Shown here piece by piece: positions 40,274 to 53,800 of a stretch of DNA of 64,000 bases (position 1 is its first letter; each line of letters starts with the position of its first letter). The position numbers and the translations under genes are program-made. Below the pieces are notes generated by a model. The model saw nothing but the letters and a program-made list of their open reading frames with translations, made no database searches and was not told the origin of the DNA. The stretch lies in NCBI GenBank assembly GCA_958009085.1, contig OY253675.1, positions 930,001-994,000 of the forward strand. The letters are read 5' to 3'. The stretch is from Protoeuglena noctilucae (lineage: Eukaryota).

Positions 40274-42441
40274 TCAGTCCTGCATGCCGTTCTCGAGGAG
40301 ATAGTTGGCGGCCATCTCCTCGTTCTTGTCGCAGATGAGGTACGCCTCCACGCACGCGTGGCGGTCAAAGCCCAGGGCCTCCAGGCGCTGAATGGCCGCC
40401 ATCTCCTCCTGCAACGCGACGACGGCGCTCCTTTACCTTTCCTGAGGTCAAGCAGCCCGCAAGTGCTGGCTGACTCGAGATTGCCAAGGCAGCTCACCTG
40501 TGTCAGCTCGATGGTCTCGGCCCCCTCCATGCCCTCCGCATCCTCCCCGCCCTCCCCGCGGATAATCTGCAGGAACTCCTGCTGATTGCGGAGGATGGCC
40601 TCCACCAGGTCCGGCTGCGTCTGGGCCAGGCCGTGCAAGAGCTGGGGGAGGAGGTTGGGGTTGGACCCAATGGCCGCCCTGCGGGTGACAGGGGAGGAGA
40701 CGTGTGCGAGGATGAAGCACATGCCGTACGGGGACACTTGAGCGCAGGCTGCAAGGGGACATTTCAAAAGCAAAGGCAAAACACGCACCGGAAGGCCTGG
40801 AAGGACGGGTGGCTCTGCATGTCCTGCAGCATGGCCAGGTCTGCTGCGGGGTCCGGCGAGCCCCCCATCTCCTGCGCAGCCCCACCGCCCCCGCCCCCGC
40901 CACCAAAGATGTTGAGCGGCTCGCCCGCGTCCGCATCCGCGCCCTCACGGGCCGGCGCCGCGGGGGCCTGGGCTGCCGGGGCATGGGCCGCGGGTGAAGC
41001 CGCCGGAGGCTGCCCCTGCGCCCGCCAATGCAGAGGGTGGTTTGCTACGATGCACCACACGCAGTCAAGTCAAGAGACAAATTGCGCCCATTGAATGCGA
41101 CTCTGTCACCCTGCGCCACACACCTGCCCGCCCTGCGCTCCGCCCATCTCCGGGATGCCCGTCATCAGGTACTCGACCGCGCGCTCGGGGTTGTTGAAAG
41201 CCGCCCTGCGACGAGGACGCCATTGCCAGTAGCACAGCTCGGCAGGTCGACTGTGCCGCTCGCCAACCGCCGTCCGCGTTGCACAAGCAAGCCTCAATAG
41301 GCACCCTGGGACCCAAGAATGCAGCAACCGAGGACAAGAGCGAGCAGCAGCAAGCGCTTGGCACTCGCCTCATGGCCTTGAGGACCATCTCACGCTCAAA
41401 GCCCATGTCCACGATGCTGGAGACCGCCTGCTCCAGCTCCGGCCCCACGGCAAACACACTCGCCCCGCTCGGCGCACCGGGCGCAGCATGGGCCTCCTGG
41501 GAAGGGGCAGCAACGGGGGCAGTCTGCGGCGCAGGCTTCTCCTCCGCCTTCTCCTTTGCCGGCTCCTGCGAAGCGAGACGGGGTAGCCAGTGGTGTCGGG
41601 AGCGCCACAGACAGTCATGGGAGACCCCGGACGGTAAGTGCCGCGGGGAGCACAGGCGGGCGCGCGGCTGGAGGACGCGTGGCGCTCACCGCGACCGGGG
41701 CCGTGCTGGGCTGCGCGGCGGGCTTGGGAGCCGCGGCCTTGGCGCCCTTCGGCCTCGTAAATAGCACGAAGAACGAGGCCGGGGTCAGGTTGAGCGCAGA
41801 GAGCGCCTGGTCGTCAGCTAGGATCTGCGGACAGAGCGTCGCACAACGGGTGCCAGCGCCGGCGGGGCGGGTTGGCATGCCTCGCAACATGCGGCGATGC
41901 ATGAAGTTGCCACGCGGCCGAGTCGAGCGTAAGCGACTCGATCTCTTCCGGCGCAGAGGCACCGCACGAGCTCCCCCCACCTTGCCCTGCAGAATGAGCT
42001 GCTGCTGATCCGTCTCGTAACCCTCGCCCTTGATCTCGAAGATGCGCGCCTTGGCGTCCGCAACCTGGCAAACACCGAGAGCCGCAGATGTCGAGAGAGC
42101 GCGGCCATTCGGGCGGGCACGAGCACGGTGTTCACGCAGAAGCCCCAGGCCACTGCAGCCCTGGCCGGCGGCGACAGCTGCAAGTACATCGAGCCCTGTG
42201 TCATCCGCCCGGGCCAGCCCCGCCAACGCCGGGCGAGATCCCCCAGAGGGCGCAGTGACCGAAGGCTGGCTCGCTGGACCCGGCGAGGCCGCGCCACTGA
42301 CCCCGCAAGCGCACGGGTCGCTCGAGTCGCAATATCAGGGAGCTGCGCGCGCCGCAGAACGGCGCGTAGCCTCGCCTTGGCGTCGTCGGGGACTTCGACG
42401 GGGAACGACTCGTTCTTGATGGTGCGCACGTTCAGCTGCAT
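40274..42441 (-). CDS. RAD23: RAD23 ubiquitin receptor / excision repair protein
   Basis: UBL (MQLNVRTIK...LILQGK|ILADD), UBA1 ([34 protein letters not shown]), STI1/XPC-binding region (NPNLLPQLL) and UBA2 ([10 protein letters not shown]...[13 protein letters not shown]). Seven introns. Confidence 0.97.
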
Positions 42442-42784
42442 CGCCGCGGTCCACGTCAACGAACCCGGGGTCGCCGGCTGGATCCGGACTCGCGCCCTCC
42501 AAGTGAAGGGGGCCGCTGGGAGCGCTCTCCTGACCCAAGCCTTCGCGCAATTGGCTCCCCAGCTGCACCACCGTGCCGACGAATGCTGTGTGGAGTGCGA
42601 GCGCGAGGAGCCACCCCAGGTATTCGGCCAAGGGGCTGCAAGTGACGTGACCACTTGCAGTGCAGCACGCCGGCTCTGGCTGTCGAATCAAACGCTTCTT
42701 CCGTCTTCAAGCCACAGGCACGGCCTCCGCGTGTCAGGCACGACCGCGCGGCGCCCCAGTGCACCCCGGCTACCGGCCCCAGCC

Positions 42785-44697
42785 TCAGTTGCGGGGGACC
42801 TCCTCCTCCTGCTCCTCCTCCTCCGGCTGCCGGTCCTTGACGTTGTGCTTGTCCAGCCACGTCGCGAAGGCCTCGAACTCCTCGCCCTGGTAGTCCGAGT
42901 CCCTGGTGAGGGACTTGTAGAAGGCCATCTTGGCCGCCCGCTTCGTCCCGACCTGCTTCTTCTGCGCAGTGGTCAAACAGGGGCTGGGTCACGACCGGCC
43001 TTTGACAGCGAAGCCACAGGAAGGTGCCCCCCACGCCGCCCGGTGCGGTGCCGGTGCCCTGCGTCAGTTCTCACCTTGGCGGCCTTGCGGTTCGACGCGG
43101 CCATGGCGGCCCGGCGGACCTCCGCGAAGTAGGGGTTGAGCTTGAGCATGGCGCCGAGGTTGCGCAGGGGGTTCTTGCGGAGCTTGGCGCGGCGCGTGCC
43201 CTCCTTGGGTGCCGCCACGATGGACTGGACGGCGCCGTCATTGACCAGGCGCGAGGCGTCCGAGTTGGTGACGCACGCCCGCGGCAGGCGCCACCCCTTC
43301 TTGGCCTCCGAAGTGCTGGCGTGCGTGCCGAACACCTTGTCCAGCGCCTCCACCGCCCCCTGGGTCCAGATGCAGAAGCGCCCAAGGTGCCCGCCCGGCG
43401 CCAGCTGCAGGAGGTTGAGCGAGTGGACCGACGCCACCTCCACGCCGGGGATGTTCCGGAACGCCTTGGTGATGCCCTCGTCCTTGTCGAAGATGACCAT
43501 GGGGCCCTTGCGCGTCACGTACCGCCGGTTCCTCCACTTGCCCTTGCCCGCCCGGATCTTCTTGGTGTCCACGCACTGCAGGGCGAGCGAGGGGTACGTG
43601 AGGAACAAGCACAACGCGCATTCAGCCAGGGCAAGGCATGAGCCCCGTGCCCATCCGCTCAGTGCGCGCCATCGTGGCTTCCCTACGCGGCTCGCCTTCT
43701 CCACGTCGGGGAGCGCGCCGACGGCCTTGAGGACTGCCATGGCGTCCTTGGTCTTCTTGATGGACTCGGCCGCGTTGGAGAGCACCAGGGGCACCTCGCT
43801 GACCTTCTCGATGCGGTGGCCGCGGGCCATGACCAGCGCGGGCACGGCCGAGGCGGCCAGCGCCGAGCAGACGGCGTACCGCTTGTTCTTGATGTTCACC
43901 TTCCGGTGCCACCGCCTCCACGTCTTGGTCGGCGCGAACATGTGGCCGCCGCGGCACATGTTGCCGAAGGCCGCCTGGCCGGAGCGGTGCGTGCCGCCAC
44001 CCGGCACACGGGGGATACGGGACACAGCCCTGCGCACGGAGAGCAGGAGAGTCAATGTAAGAAGGCGCCGCGTCCGGCGAGGATGCCCGGGCCCTCCCGG
44101 CGCGCCAGGCGGAGGGCGGCTGTGCAGACGCGCGCGTCGCCCTCCCGCGCGTCCCCAAGGCGCGCTCGCGCCGCGCAGTGGCACCCCACAGGTGGACGGT
44201 ACGTCATACGTGAGGCAGGCGCACGTCTCGCGCCCCAATGCGCGTCGCACCTGCCGGTGCCCCACGACTCGGCCGACGTCTGGTGGCCGGCCTTGGTGGA
44301 CACGGCGTAGGGCTGGCGGTGGTTCTTAGCCATGTTGGTGTGGACCATGGACACGATATCGGCACGGATGGGGGCCGTGAAGACGGCAGGCAGGGGCGCC
44401 TGGCCGACCTGCGGGGAGAGGGGGCGCGCCGCGGTGCGAACGGGCGCGAGAACCAATGACGGACGCGCTTGGTGCTCCAGCCGATCCCCGGGCGCCGCCG
44501 GTCGCCCGGGACGGCCCCGGAGTCGGCCAGCGCTCGACCGGATCTCCCGAGGCACGAGCGGCGCCGAGGCGCGAAGGCAGGCGATGAGACGCAAAGCATG
44601 CGGCGAGGGTCCTCCCGCGGGGCCCAGGGGCGGCCCCACGGCGCACCTTCTTGCCCTCCAGGTCCTGCACGGTGACGATAGGCCTCGCCGCCGCCAT
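42785..44697 (-). CDS. RPL4: 60S ribosomal protein L4 (uL4)
   Basis: [10 protein letters not shown]...[41 protein letters not shown]...[16 protein letters not shown]. Four introns. Confidence 0.99.
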
Positions 44698-45112
44698 GAT
44701 GTGTCAATTTGCAGGACGCCGTTGCCGGCCTGTGGAAAAGGACCGGTCAGAGGGGCCCGGCGACGGCGAAGGGCGCGACGAGGCGGTTTCAAGCACCGGG
44801 CTGGCAACCAGCGATCGCACGCGTCGGCTCCCCCGTCACGCTCACTCGCAAAAGAACGATCATATTCGCCAACGCGGGGACCCTGGGACCTCGGCTACCT
44901 TCAGGCTGAGTGGGCATCTCCGAGGCACCCGCGGTGAAGCAGGTTCTTGTGGCTCAAGGCCGGCATCCGCTCCCGTCGCTGGCTGCGCGAAGCTGGGCAC
45001 GCGGGCGCCAGCCGGGAGGGCGGGGCCGGGGAGATCGAGGCCCGCGGGCGGGTTCCAGGAACGGGGACACATCTGAGGGCGCCCCGCGCGCTGAGTCGAC
45101 GTTGCGGCAGCC

Positions 45113-47482
45113 ATGGTGTGCCTGGCTGCTGCGATCGTCTCCAAGACGGGGCGAGGTGGGTCGCACCGCGGTCGAATGCCGCTTCGCGCTGCGGTGCCTT
45201 GTTGGGATGCTCGTGAACATCATGTACCCGCTTCCGCGCCCTCCTCGCAATGCGTTGCACGATTGTTCTGGCGAAGAAGTAGCTGCTCGCACAGCGCGCC
45301 CGCGCGGGTTGCGGTAGGGGGCTGCTGCGACGCGCGCGATGCGCGGACCGACGCGCGGCCCCTCCCCCTCCCCCGATCCGCGCAGCGCTCGTCGCGCGGC
45401 AGTACCACAACATGAGCCGCATCCGGATCGAGGGGCTGCTTTCCGCGTTCCCAAAGCTGCTGGGATCCGGGGCCAAGCAGCACACGTTTGTTGAGACCGA
45501 GGTGCGAGCCCCCCGCGCGCCTGCGCCCCGCCGTCGAGAGGCGCGGAGGCAGTGTTGCCCTCGATCCGGTCCGCGCTCCGCGCTCCTGCGTCCGGGCGCG
45601 ACGGCCCTCACCTCTGTCCCGCGCAGAGCGTGCGGTACGTGTACCAGCCGATTGAGGGCATGTTCCTGGTCCTGGTGACGAACCGGCAGTCCAACATCTT
45701 GGAGGACCTCGAGACCCTTCGGCTGCTGGCCAAGATCGTGCCGGACTACGCGCCGACGCTGGACGAGGCGGGCGTGGCCCGCGCTGCCTTCGAGCTCATC
45801 TTCGCGTTCGACGAGGCCATCTCGATGGGCCACAAGGAGAGCATCACGCTGTCGGAAGTGCGGGAGAACACGGAGATGGCGTCGCACGAGGAGCGCCTGC
45901 ACAAGATGATCCTGCAGTCCAAGATGGACGAGGCCAAGGCGGCGATGAGGAAGAAGGCGCTGGAGATCGAGAAGACCAAGATCGACAGGAGGAGGGGCGC
46001 GGGGCCGGACGCGGGGATGCCGGGGCCTATGCCGGCCGCGGCAGCGCGGATGCCGGACACTTCGGCAGCAGTGGCGGCCATGGCGGCGGCGGCGTCTGCG
46101 ACGGCCGCGGGCAAGGCCTCCGGGATGCAGCTGGGGGCGGCTAAGGCGGTGGGGAAGGCGCCCGCGGTCGGCGTCGGGCGCAAGGCCGGGGTCGCGATCC
46201 TGGAGCAGCTGCGGGCCGAGGGGGAGGTGGTGGATGCGGCGCCCATGCAGGTCGCGGGGCACTCGGCAGCGCAGCAGCAGGTCCTGCAACAGGCAGCCGT
46301 GTCGTCGGACCCCGTAACTGGTGGGTGGCTGGGGCGCTTATGCCTCCGCGGATGCGGCACCGTTTGCCGTTGCACTTGTGCAAGCCACCGCATGGCCTGC
46401 AGCCACCGCGTGCCAGCACGTGTTGCGCTCCGTGCAGCAGATGCAGAGTGTGCCTATCTCCCGCGCCTGCCCGCAGTGCTGGTGGAGGAGCGCGTCTCGG
46501 CATCGCTGTCCAAGGACGGCGGCGTCGAGGCCACGGACCTGCAGGGCCAGATGTCCCTGACGATCAACACAGACGAGGCCACGTTCGTGTCCCTGGGCCT
46601 GTCGGGGCCGCAGGACGGCTTCCAGTTCAAGACGCACCCCAACGTGGACAAGCAGGCGTATGCGTTGGGGACGCTGCAGCTCAAGGACCCGAGCCGCCCC
46701 TTCCCCACGGGCACGCCCCTCGTGGTGCTCAAGTGGCGCCTCCCCTCCCTGCCCGAGTCCAAGCTCCCGCTCCTCATCACGTGCTGGCCCAACCCGGGCG
46801 CCGACAGCACGTCCATGACCCTCGAGTACGAGGCCTCGGAGGCCATGGACCTTTCCAACGTGGCCATCGCGAGTGAGATGCGCACTGGCGGGGCGGGGTG
46901 GATGGGCTGGGGGGCGCACTACGGCAGTAGATGTGCGACCCTCTTGGTTCTCACTTCAACCGCTTCGTGGCCATGTCATCGCTTCATGCGACCCCAGGCT
47001 GGGATAGTAGTCAGGGTGTTGAGTGACGCGAGCCCTCCGCCCCCGCAGTCCCTCTCCCGGCATTATCCAAGCCCCCCGCAGTGGGGGACTGCGAGGGTCA
47101 GTCGCGGTGGGTGTCCAAGGACAACCTGCTGCTGTGGGAGGTGCCCCTCATCGACGCCGGCAACCGCAGCGGGTCCCTCGAGTTCTCCGTCCCGGGACAA
47201 GTCGACACGGACGTCTTCTTCCCCATCTCGGTCGCCTTCGTGTCCAAGGTATGACGCATGGACACCTTGGTGTGTTTGTGGACCCATCCGGACCGCTTCG
47301 TGACGCATGCAAAGGCAGGCGTGACCCACCTGTCGGCCGACTCAATTGCTGGCCCCTTGGCCCTTTCGCAGACCACGCTGTGCCCCTTGACGCTGGCCGG
47401 GGTCACCAACCTCAAGGACGGGTCGCCTGTCAAGTATGGGATGCACAAGCAGCTGTCGTCGGACAAGTACGTCATCGGTTGA
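45113..47482 (+). CDS. ARCN1: Coatomer subunit delta (delta-COP)
   Basis: [39 protein letters not shown]...VRYVYQPIE...[13 protein letters not shown]...MASHEERL, plus a mu-homology domain with [11 protein letters not shown]. Five introns. Confidence 0.97.
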
Positions 47483-47883
47483 TTGCGTGTCAATGCGGCG
47501 CACCTGTGGCCGCGTTTGGCACCGCTGGCGTTGAAACGCTGCCGTCAAAGGACTCGAAGCGCTTTCGTCCGCTGCCGCTTCATGCTCGTTGACCACCAAT
47601 GTGCGACACTTCCGTTCCGCATCCACGTCATCGCTCTCGCACGCCGTCATCTTGCTAACAGCTGCCCCACAAGGAGGAGCGCCAGTCCTCAGCGGCCTGA
47701 CGTGTCGTCTGGCAGCTTGTGTGGCTTGAAGCCTGCGACTGCGCGCGCCCCCGTTCACTCCTACACTGAAAGGGACTCCATTATCAACCCTTCATGCTCA
47801 TTTCATGTGAAGGACAGGGATGGGGCAGCAGCGGTGAAAATCTGCTCGTGTGCGCGCCCGCACGCCTACGATACCGACCAGTC

Positions 47884-50800
47884 ATGCGGAATGCAGATGT
47901 TGCTTCTTCCTCGGGCAGGTATGATGCTCGCGTCGTCGCCCGGGACACCGGCGGCGCTAGGCCCTCCTTTCTTTGCATGTCGATGCACCGTCCATACACC
48001 CCGCGGACACTCGCAGCGAGGCAGCTGTTCCAGACTCAATGTTAGTATACGAGCCACCCGTCCACGCATTCCTGCTCTTGCGCGGTCGCGGCGCTTTCGA
48101 ATGCCTGCGCGCCATCACAACCGTGGCAACTCCTGGCAGCTCGCGCTCGATGGCCGGCTTCCGGTAGTGCTAGATGGCATGCTTGGGTGTTTCTTTGACA
48201 TGGACTGTCCGCGACCTGAAGCAGCGGGGGATGAGGCGCGGGAAGTGTGCTCCAGCTGTTTTTCACATCGCAGGGAGCTCGCGGAGGAGACTTCCTCGGA
48301 CGCACACGTCAGGAAGCTGACGGCAGAGAAGAAGTATCGCGACGCGTGGTTGGAAGGCCTGGAGCTCTGCCGGCGAATCGCTGCGTGGCCACGGTGACGA
48401 CCCTGTGTTCCTGAACGCCGCCCTGCGGGTGATGACGCCGCTGGCGGACGCTTGTGACGACCGACTCTTAGCTATGTTTCTGCAGGGATGCACAGGCGCG
48501 CTCCAGGGTTCCCAGGGATCGGCCCTCAGATGGCACCGGCAGCGACCCTCTCCATACTCTCCCGACTCCGCTCGACTGCGCCACTCCCGCCCGCGTCGCT
48601 GCTCCTCTCGTCGTTGGCGCAGTCATGCACATGGCGTTGAGCGCGGTTGAGCTACTCTCTGCCGGAGATGCGCGCGGTCCCGGGGGCGCCGACCCAGGCC
48701 GCATGGTGTGCTCTTGCGCACCCGCGGCTCGCGTGGCACTGGCTTGGCTCGCGCAGATGGACATCTCGGAGGCTTCCAAACACGCGGACCAGCTCTTCCG
48801 CCTTCTGTACAAGGGCTCGCTGGGGTGAGGGAGGCCAAGCACACCATGCTCAGCCTATGTTTCGTCATGTCACCAAAACCGCCCTCACATCCCTCTCCTC
48901 GTCCGCCCTCTCAGCCTTCTCGCCCGGACCACCGCCACAGCACCACCTGACGAGTTGGCAGCGTGCCTGGAGGCCACCGTATCGGCATGCGCGTCCTCAC
49001 CCAGTGCCAGCCACACCGCACAGGTCGCCGTCCGGCTAGCCGACGCCCCGCGAGCGCCCCCCGCTGCTGCTGCTGCTGTGCTCCGGTGTGCCCTGGACGC
49101 CATGGTGGCACCGGCCGCGGACCGGCCATCGGTTGCGGATCAGGGGCGCAGTGGCGAGAGGAGGGGCTCAGGAAAAGCGTCAATGCCGCCGTTGGCGAGC
49201 ACGTCACACGCGGAGTGCCCTGTCGCTGACGGAGACACTGCAGCCGAGGACGCAGCGTCCGTGGCGGAGTCGCTCGTGCGTGCGGCATGCCTGGCCCTGG
49301 AACGGGCCGACGCCGAGGGCACCGCGGAGGTCGGTGAGTTGTGCACCAGAGCGCACCCATCCATGTCATGAACGACGACACGTGTAATAACCATGTCCTG
49401 TGCTTGACATGCACATTGACTGGTGCCCTCAGGCATCCCCCTGCTCACCCGGGAAGACCTGGACCGCCTGGCGAGCATGGCTTCCATCACGGGCGGTCCT
49501 GCCGTGAACATCTTCCTCGCGGCGGCACACCTCGTCACGGAGGCGCACCGGCACCGGTCTGGCTCCGCGCGCCCCGCCGGGATTTCCGCGCGCCTTCTGG
49601 CCCCGGCCATCGCCAGGGCTCCCAAGGGAGACGGTGGGAGGCTGGCCACACCTGCCGGCATGCGGGCTTTCTCGGCGCTCCGCCGGGCGGCCCTGGCGTT
49701 CATGGGAGCAGCTGCAGACAAAGAGGTGACTTGCAGCGACCAGCTTACTATGACACTTGTCCAGGCGACATGTGTGTGGCTTGCGACCTTGGCAGTTGCG
49801 ACAAACTCCCACACCATATTTCTGCAGGACGGCGTCCACACGGCCCGTGCTCTCTGGGCGCACGCCGCCATCGCCGCCGCGTGGTCGGGCCGTGACCCCG
49901 AGGCTGCTGCGCCCTTCCTGGTCGGGGCACTCTCCAGCGCCGTCGCTGCGCTCAAGACCCTACGACGGTGCGGGGGGGGCCTGGCCGACCTGTCGATGAC
50001 CGTGACCCTCGACTCCACGGCCGGCGTCAGTGGGGGTCGGGTTGCTCCCAGGAAGGGGTCTACATCGAGGAGGCAGCGAGGTGCGGGGGCGGCAGAGAAA
50101 GAAAATGACGCTGAATGCGCGAGTGTCGAGAGCTGCGAGGTACCAGGGGTGCTGGAGGCGCTGTGTGGTGGGGTGGCAGGGGCGTTCCGGGCGGGGCAGC
50201 TGCGGGCCGAGGAGCTGTCCTGGGCTGCCGGGACGTACGTGGAGCTGCTGGAGAGTGGCGACCCAGGTAAAATGGCTGCAGCGAGTACGCGTGGATAGAA
50301 TGCCTGATGCATTGGTTGCTTTGTCACGCTTCACCCACCTTGCACCCGAGACTGACCAGCACGCCTGCCCTCGTCTCGCAGGCGAGCGTCCCTGGCCTCT
50401 CCGACTGCTCCGCGACCCCTCCGTGTCTGCCCTGCACCCCATCCGCTCCGCCTCCTTCCACCTTCGTCGCGTCGCGGATACTTTGGCCCAGGTTTGCGTG
50501 CCCGGCTCGCCCCAGGGCGCCCCGCAAGGCGCAGCCTCTGGCGTGGAGTCCTGGGCCGACGTCCGAAGGAAGATTGCCGAGTGTTGGGCTGCGCTCGAGG
50601 CGTGCTGCAGTAGCGACAGTAACAGTGCAGCAAGGGGTGGCACGGCGGAGTGCCACGACCAGAGCAAGCTGCAGGCAGATGCCCCGGCCGACGCGAGCTT
50701 GGACGGGGACTTGCAACCCAATGCGCCCCTGGCCGCGTGCTGGGCGTGCGCCCTGGGGTGCCTGGCAGAGGTCCTGGTGCCGCAACGAGGGCTGCGGGAC

Positions 50801-53800
50801 TCGGACGCCGATGCGGGTGCAGGTTTCGAGAAGAACATTCCATGTGGCCCACAGGAGTGGTCTCATGCAGCACTGTCTGCCGCCGAGGCGCTCCACGCCA
50901 GGCAGAGGACGCCAAGCGAGGACACCAGTGGCTCAGAGGGCGGTGGTCATGCATGTGCAGCAGCCCAGCCTTCAGCGTCCTCCGGGGCTCCCTCGCCGCC
51001 GTCCAAGGGCGGGCGAGGGTGGGCCGCGCGGCCCTCCCGCTGCTCCCTCGAAGGCGCCCTCCCTGCGCTGTTGCTGGCCAGGGACGCGGCGGCGGCGGCA
51101 GGCGACGCAGGCGCGGCGCAGGCGATGGGACGCACCGTGGCCCTCGTGGCCTCCTGCGGCGCGACGAGCACGGTGAGCTGGCGTGCCATGGCTCGTGCCG
51201 AGGTCAAAGCTGCATGGACCCAGCCGCTTCTGGTCATGCTGTTGCTGCCATTGCCTCTCAACCGTTCCGCCCTCCGCCTCCTCAGCACCCTGCCACTCGC
51301 AACGCCTGTCTCCAGGCGCTGTCGGGCAGCGCCACCTCCGTCCTCGTCAGCCCCTGGAGTCTCGGGCCGATCGGCGGCGCCCTCGGATATGGGGCCTCTC
51401 TGACGGAGTTCCTCTCTGCCAGCCACGATGGTATCGACGACAACGCAGCTGCCGCGTGCGTGGATCGATACCCCGCATGTCTCCTCAGCGCCCGCCTGGC
51501 CATGGCTTCGGCTGGGGTCGACACGGGCGGCGGAAGCATCGCCGACCACCCGGGCGCCCTGGCCAGCCTCGCATCGTGGGTGGAAAGCGCGATGGACGCC
51601 TCGCGTCACGCCAGCGCCTCGGGATACGTCCACCTGGCTTCCGCCCACGTGCTGCTGTCGTCCGCGCACCTCGCGGCCGGTGACTCTGCGCGTGCGTCCC
51701 GCGCCGCCAGCAGGGCCTGCGGGCTCCTCACTGCGCTGGCGACCACCTCCAGGGAAGCAGCGGGGGCTGGCCTTGACGCGACGACCCGCACGGGCCCTTC
51801 CGCGGGCAAGGCGGCTGTGCATCGCGAGGGCGCCAGCAATGGGGCCTCCGCGGCTCCCGTGCGCCCTGCGGGGGGCTTGTCTCTGGTGGGGGTGGCGGGG
51901 CTGTACTGCGGGGCGCTCCTGGCGCTGTCGGATGCGCAAGAGAGCATGGGACGCGCGGACGAGGCACAGGTGGCGGCACAGGAGGCGCTGGGGTGAGGCA
52001 CGCGGCCTGGGGGCGACCAATGCCTCGCCGACCAACGTTGCATTCCCACAGCCATGGGTAGTGACACTACCCAGGCCCTGCTGCTCACTGGTGTCCCGTC
52101 TCGCCCCCGTAGCGTCGCCTCGAGTCTCCCGGTGGCCATTCGGGACGCCCTGACCCTGGCATGCCACCTTCGCATCGAGACTGTGCTGGTCCGGTCCCTC
52201 GGCTCCACCGCCGCCCTCCTGGGCCCGGACGCTGGCACCAGGCTTCACGCGGACGCCACCCACGATGACTCTTCGTGTGCGCCAGCATCGCGCGGCACCG
52301 CTGAGTGGCCAGGGTCGGCGCCCAGGCAGGCGTGCGGGTGGCTCCTGCGAGCCCAGGCGCTTTCTGCGAAGGCAGAGGGGGCGGTGCTGCGAGAGGAGCC
52401 ACAGGAGGTGAGGCTCGGCAGTCATGTGGCATCGACCTGCTCCCTCAGTACTCCATAATCGCTCTCTGCAGCTTTGTGGCTGCACATGCCCTGCCCCGTG
52501 TGCCTCCACAGGCGCTGGCCTTGCTGTCGCGAGCATCGGCCGCTGTGGACGCGGCGGAACGGTCGCTCGGCATGCTGGAGGGACAAGACCCACATTGCCG
52601 AGCTGCAGCTGCGGAGGAGGGCAGTCAGGGAACAGACGACCGCAACTGCGAGGACACCGCGTCGGCCGTCGACGGGGCTGGGACCCGGGGCCGCCGTGGC
52701 CGCCGCTTCAAGGCTGCGAGTACCGCGCCTGCGCAAACGCAAGCGGTGGGGGACGCCGGGGGCCAGGGGTGCCACCATGGGGATGGCGGCAATGGCTCAG
52801 GGGCTGCCGAGGGCGTCCATGCCTTGGGGAGCAGGAGCTTCAGTGGTCACGCGGCCAAATGGGTGGCCTCTTGCCGCTGTCAAGTGCACCTCATCACCGG
52901 CCAGGCCCTGGCAGCGGGGGGCGACGCCGGCGGTGCTCGGGAGGCCACTCGCATGACCCTGCAGCTGGCGACTATGGGGCAGCTGACGCTGGGGGGGGCT
53001 CTAAAAGCTGCGACGCTGCGTCAGGCGTGGCAGCTGCGGGAAGCGGTGTTGCGCGGGGAAGCAGGGGCCGCGCGTAGCGAAAGCCGGGGTGGGAGGGCGC
53101 GCAGGGCGACGCGGGGTGCAAGGGACGAACATCGAGAGGAGGACGCGGGTGCTGACAATGCCACCTCCCTGTCCAGCCTTGTGCGGGCGTTTGCGCTGTC
53201 CCGCGGGTGCGCACGCGAGAGGGCGGCCACGGGGGCGCTGCTGGCTGCTGAGCTCGCGCGTCGGGGTCGGCATGTGGGGGCGGCGTGGGCGGTGGCGGCG
53301 GCGGCGGGGGCTGGGCAGAGCATGCACTACCGCCACCACCTGCTGACTGTCGTGGAGCGGGCGAAGAAGGCAGGAGCGGCACGTGACGACGACGACGTGG
53401 ATGCACGCGGCAGCACTGAGTGCGCGCTGGGGGCGTTGAACGCAGGTGCGTGGGAGCTTCCTGCGTCGCTCAGTGCCCCGACAGAGTCGCCCGATGTTCT
53501 GGGTGGGAGCATGGAGGCAGATGCGGACGAGGACGAGGCCCTCGCGGCGCGGCTGGAGGCGTGGGGCGCGGAGGCTTTGGGGTGTGCCCTGAGGCCGGTG
53601 CTTGCGGCGGCTGACGTGGTTGTGGCCGTGGCTGTGCCCCCGCCGCCGGGGCAGGCGCCACTTGAGGTGCGGAGGCATGCGTTGCAGCTGCAGCATGCTT
53701 GTTGCTCATTTGATGGGCCACACTGTGACAGCGGTGCCCTGTTCTCCTTGCAGGCGCTGCTGGGCCCGGACTGCCAGGAGGGCGACAGGGCTGGCGCACA